Below are positions 59,601 through 64,000 of a DNA stretch of 64,000 bases, piece by piece; within the stretch, counting starts at the first letter, position 1; each line of letters starts with the position of its first letter. This DNA comes from Heteronotia binoei (taxonomy: Eukaryota). Both the position numbers and the translations under genes were made by a program. The notes beneath the pieces were generated by a model that searched no databases, was not told the origin of the DNA, and worked only from the letters and a program-made list of their open reading frames with translations. Where the stretch lies: contig NW_026800120.1 of assembly GCF_032191835.1 (NCBI RefSeq), positions 1 through 64,000 on the forward strand. Reading direction: 5' to 3'.

Positions 59601-61551
59601 TGCCCCCAGCAGAAGGCAAAGAGATGCGTGTCTGGATTCTAAATGTGTTCCATTTCCTCTACCAATCATTTCTTATGATTGGAACCCCATTTTTTTGCAA
59701 CTTATATCAGAGCATCAGCTTCAATCCTCCGGGTACAATGGGCTCTCCCCGGCTGGCATTTACCCTGGGAGACGCCCTCTTTTGGCTGGCATTTACCCTG
59801 GGAGACGCCCTCTTTTGGCGTCCCTCGCTTGTTCCGCCACTCTTCCCACTTAGGCTGGGCTGGCCCCGTTTCCTCCAAGGGACTTGGCCGGCTGCTCCCT
59901 GCTGGAGGGAGGTCAGGATCTCCCAGGTGCAGCTGCAGTGTGGGGGGGGAGAAAGCCTTCTGCAGCCTTTCCATCGTGCCCGCATCCAGCTGAGCTCTGC
60001 CCCACAGGTGTTGGGGGCGATGATTGGAGTCGGGCTGTCTGTGCTGCTGGTGGCTGCCTTGATCCTGCTGCTCATCCGGCGGTTCCGCCATCCAAGTGAG
60101 TTCCCCTTTGGGGGAGGAGGATTGTGTTTCTGGCCAGGTTGGTCCAGCCTGTTGCTGCTGCTCAGGTCTTCTGGAGGCCTCTCTGTTTCCCCTGCAGAAG
60201 TTGAGGCGCAGGAGCAGCCCAAGTACCGATTCCGCAAGCGGGACAAGGTCTTGTTCTACGGGCGCAAAATCATGCGCAAGGTGAGTGAGGCCTGGGGAGC
60301 TGGGGGGATGGATGAGTCAAGGCCCTGCACAAGTGAAGCAGCAGAGCCCCGGCCTTCCTTTTGGGGGTGGGAGGGGCTGCTTTGGACAAGGACTTGTGCT
60401 CCTGAGGGATGTTGCGTTTCCTGCCAGGGGCTTTAGGGAGCCCTCCTGCAACCCTTGAGCTGTGCCGATGGCAGTCAGGGAGGCTGCGCCTTGGGAGGGG
60501 GGAGACTCCCCAGCGGGGGTCCCTCCAGGAGGTTCCTCCCAGTGATGGTTTCTGCTCTACCGGCAGGTTTCCCAGTCCACGTCCTCCCTGGTCGACACCA
60601 CCATCTCCTCTGCTTCTCGGCCCCGGATGAAGAAGAAGCTCAAGATGTTGAATATTGCCAAAAAGTGAGCAGATGGGCCAGAGGGGGAGCTCTGCGGGGG
60701 GCATGTTGGGGCAGTGCCCTTGAAGCAGTGGGGTGCTGTGAAGACGTGGGCAAGGGCAGAAAAGAGGGGGAGGGTGGAACAGCTGCCCTGGGAAGGGGGG
60801 GCTGTGAAGAGGGCTGTATTCCCCCCACACACACACTGGAACCACCCGCTGCAAACTTCTGTGGAAGAGGATTCTCCACGACTTCCTCTTGAGGCAATGT
60901 GCAGACTGGGGAGAAAAAGCGGTATGATTGCTTAATTCCACCTCTCTTCTGTTTTTAAATAAGCCCTCTTGTTTCTTGCCAGTCCTCAGTGGAGGGGGTG
61001 AATTATTATCCACCCCCCTTTAAGCAATCCAAGGTTGCTGCCCATTCATCACAATCAGGTGAGGGGAATCTCTGGAGCCTTCCTAGCTCTGCAGCCAAAT
61101 CTTCTTCCAAAAGAAGGGCGAGAAACGTTTGCATCTTAATCCTTCTGCATCCCTCACTCAGGAAGTGAGTGCAGAGGACTGCTGGAGGAGCCAGCCAAGG
61201 GAGCCAAACCATTCAAAGATGTGGCGGAAGGGGCTGCGTGTCACTTTTAGAACCTGCCAGTCTATTTTGATTTCTGAAGGATGACACCGTGTGGGGGTGG
61301 TGCTTCCTCATGGCCGGAGCCAGTGGGATGGGGAGGGGTGGAGAGCTGCTGGCCCTTTTCCTGCCCTCCCCACCCACTGGTGCTCCAGCTGAGTTTCTCT
61401 CTCGGATCAGGATCCTGCGCATCAAGAAGGAGCTGCCCACCCTCCAGCTGAAGGAGCCCCCTCCCTCGGTCCTGGAGGCGGATCTCACCGAGTTTGACGT
61501 GGCCAACTCTCACCTCCCCTCCGAGGTCCTCTACATGCTGAAGAACGTGCG
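56640..61551 (+). CDS. PNPLA6: Neuropathy target esterase (patatin-like phospholipase 6), 5' part. Coding exons 56640-56681, 60008-60095, 60198-60280, 60567-60664, 61411-61551; the gene continues past the window
   Basis: VLGAMIGVG (TM), [86 protein letters not shown] and [10 protein letters not shown] are PNPLA6-type rather than PNPLA7. The first exon ([14 protein letters not shown]) is less certain. Confidence 0.93.
57031..57186. mobile_element. hAT-type MITE
   Basis: Termini cagtgttccccctaagctgc / gcagctcagacggaacattg; degraded TSD cccctaac / ccccaacc. Confidence 0.7.
57660..59465 (-). mobile_element. L1-clade LINE ORF2 3' fragments (AT-rich), interrupted by a SINE
   Basis: [59 protein letters not shown]...[10 protein letters not shown]. 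Confidence 0.88.
59035..59296 (-). mobile_element. Squam3-like SINE with 11-bp TSD
   Basis: ctggcacttag at 59024-59034 and 59297-59307. Confidence 0.9.
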
Positions 61552-61825
61552 GTGAGCATTGGCTGGGCCTCTGGTGCCTCTCCTGCCTGGGGAACATCAT
61601 GTCACATAAACAGATAACCCTCCCCCCCCCACACACACACACATGAAGCTGCTCTGTACCAAACCAGATCCTCCGCTTGTCATTGTCTCTGAGCCGGCTT
61701 GAGAGGCCTTGGCTCCTGCTTCCTTTGGCCTGTTGAGCAGCAGTGGTCTTCAAGCATTTTTTCCCCAGCACCACCCCCCGGCTGCCATTTGCCCCCAAGG
61801 GTGGAAGGGGGCAGCCATGGTAACT

Positions 61826-61913
61826 CAGAGTAGCCCAATCTCATCAGAGCCTGAAAGCCACGCAGGGTTGGCCACGGAGCCCACCTAGGAAGAGACCGTG
61901 GCTGCTGTGCAGA
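61826..61913 (+). mobile_element. Degenerate 5S rRNA-derived SINE head
   Basis: cccaatctcatcagagcctgaaagccacgcagggttggcc aligns by eye to 5S cccgatctcgtctgatctcggaagctaagcagggtcgggcc. Confidence 0.5.
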
Positions 61914-64000
61914 GGTTTGATTCCCAACTCCTCCACTTGCACCTGTTGGAATGGCCTTGGTCAGCCATAGCTCTCTTATCTGGGACAACCGGGTTTGATT
62001 CCCCACTCCTCCACTTGCACCTGCTGGAATGGCCTTGGGTCAGCCAGAGCTCTCTTATCTGGGAGAACCGAGTTGGATTCCCCACTCCTCCACTCGCAGT
62101 TGCTGGAATGGCCTTGGGTCACCAGAGCTCTCTTATCTGGGACAACCGGGTTTGATTCCCCACTCCTCCACTTGCACCTGCTGGAATGGCCTTGGGTCAG
62201 CCAGAGCTCTCTTATCTGGGAGAACTGGGTTTGATTCCCCACTCCTCCACTTGCACCTGTTGGAATGGCCTTGGGTCAGCCAAAGCTCTCTTATCTGAGA
62301 GAACCAGGTTTGATTCCCCACTCTTCCACTTGCACCTGCTGGAATGGCCTTGGGTCAGCCAGAGCTCTCTTATCTGGGAGAACCGGGTTTGATTCCCCAC
62401 TCCTCCACTTGCACCTGTTGGAATGGCCTTGGGTCAGCCAAAGCTCTCTTATCTGGGAGAACCGGGTTGGATTCCCCACTCCTCCACTTGCACCTGTTGG
62501 AATGGCCTTGGGTCAGCCAGAGCTCTCTTCTCTGGGAGAACCGGGTTGGATTCCCCACTCCTCCACTTGCACCTGTTGGAATGGCCTTGGGTCAGCCAGA
62601 GCTCTCTTCTCTGGGAGAACCGGGTTTGATTCCCCACTCTTCCACTTGCACCTGCTGGAATGGCCTTAGGTCAGCCAGAGCTCTCTTATCTGGGAGAACC
62701 GAGTTGGATTCTCCACTCCTCCACTCGCAGTTGCTGGAATGGCCTTGGGTCACCAGAGCTCTCTTATCTGGGACAACCGGGTTTGATTCCCCACTCCTCC
62801 ACTTGCACCTGCTGGAATGGCCTTGGGTCAGCCAGAGCTCTCTTATCTGGGAGAACTGGGTTTGATTCCCCACTCCTCCACTTGCACCTGTTGGAATGGC
62901 CTTGGGTCAGCCAAAGCTCTCTTATCTGAGAGAACCAGGTTTGATTCCCCACTCTTCCACTTGCACCTGCTGGAATGGCCTTGGGTCAGCCAGAGCTCTC
63001 TTATCTGGGAGAACCGGGTTTGATTCCCCACTCCTCCACTTGCACCTGTTGGAATGGCCTTGGGTCAGCCAAAGCTCTCTTATCTGGGAGAACCGGGTTG
63101 GATTCCCCACTCCTCCACTTGCACCTGTTGGAATGGCCTTGGGTCAGCCAGAGCTCTCTTCTTTGGGAGAACCGGGTTGGATTCCCCACTCCTCCACTTG
63201 CACCTGTTGGAATGGCCTTGGGTCAGCCAGAGCTCTCTTCTCTGGGAGAACCGGGTTTGATTCCCCACTCTTCCACTTGCACCTGCTGGAATGGCCTTAG
63301 GTCAGCCAGAGCTCTCTTATCTGGGAGAACCGAGTTGGATTCCCCACTCCTCCACTCGCAGTTGCTGGAATGGCCTTGGGTCACCAGAGCACTCTTATCT
63401 GGGACAACCGGGTTTGATTCCCCACTCCTCCACTTGCACCTGCTGGAATGGCCTTGGGTCAGCCAGAGCTCTCTTATCTGGGAGAACCGGGTTGGATTCC
63501 CCACTCCTCCACTCGCAGCTGCTGGAATGGCCTTGGGTCACCAGAGCTCTCTTATCTGGAAGAACCGGGTTTGATTCCCCACTCCTCCCCTTGCAGCTGC
63601 TGGAATGGCCTTGGGTCAGCCATAGCTCTCTTATCTGGGAAAACCGGGTTGGATTCCCCACTCCTCCACTTGCACCTGCTGGAATGGCCTTGGGTCAGCC
63701 ATAGCTCTCTTATCTGGGAGAACTGGGTTTGATTCCCCACTCCTCCACTTGCACCTGCTGGAATGGCCTTGGGTCAGCCATGGCTCTCTTATCTGGGAGA
63801 ACTGGGTTTGATTCACCACTCCTCCACTTGCAGCTGCTGGAATGGCCTTGGGTCAACCATAGCTCTTATCTGGGAGAGCTGGTTTTGAGTCCCCACTCCT
63901 CCACTTGCAGCTGCTGGAATGGCCTTGGGTCAGCCATAGCTTTCTTACTGGGAGAACCGGGTTTGATTCCCCACTCCTCCACTTGCACCTGCTGAGATGG
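61914..64000 (+). repeat. 79-bp satellite derived from the Squam3-like SINE head, >=26 units, with a 631-bp (8-unit) higher-order repeat; runs off the window
   Basis: Unit ctcttatctgggagaaccgggtttgattccccactcctccacttgcacctgctggaatggccttgggtcagccagagct; near-identical ORFs at 62029/62660/63291 and 62186/62817. Confidence 0.97.

Noticed and set aside
59600-60436. A single 278-aa ORF as an extended PNPLA6 N-terminus
   Set aside because: It reads through introns with clear GT-AG boundaries; upstream residues are not NTE-like, although a short alternative exon cannot be excluded.
61826-61913. 5S rRNA gene
   Set aside because: Too short and degenerate; best explained as a SINE remnant.
61914-64000. 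Regularly spaced repeats as a CRISPR array, or the repeated 62-199 aa ORFs as a protein gene
   Set aside because: Units are contiguous with no unique spacers, derive from a SINE and lie in a vertebrate intron; the ORFs are by-products of repeat periodicity.

Overview
GC-rich eukaryotic genomic DNA from a vertebrate, almost certainly a squamate reptile and probably a gecko, judged from Sauria/Squam-type SINEs, CR1, L2 and RTE-BovB LINEs. The ORF track is mostly noise because the genes are spliced; I rebuilt exons by hand from protein recall plus GT-AG boundaries and frame continuity. Four genes are present: the 3' ~90% of TUBGCP2 (+, 1-14171), complete ERLIN1 (-, 31149-22759), complete CWF19L1 (+, 32179-41129, head-to-head with ERLIN1) and the 5' part of PNPLA6/NTE (+, from 56640, continuing beyond the window). 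There is no CRISPR array, rRNA gene or genuine tRNA gene. I did not find a wholly new biological system. The most unusual signal is pervasive tandem amplification of functional or retroposon-terminal sequence: (i) the ERLIN1/CWF19L1 bidirectional promoter, including both start codons, ETS sites and a YY1-like site, repeated ~6 times via a 10-bp microhomology; (ii) a TUBGCP2 splice acceptor copied into an intronic minisatellite with AG changed to AC; (iii) several satellites built from CR1 3' ends or a SINE head, two with higher-order periodicity (759 and 631 bp). Also seen: a nested CR1-array/L2/solo-LTR stack, a decayed Gypsy element, a template-switch scar, an orphan CpG island, and a gene order that differs from human. 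Repeat family names come from recalled consensus similarity, not database searches.
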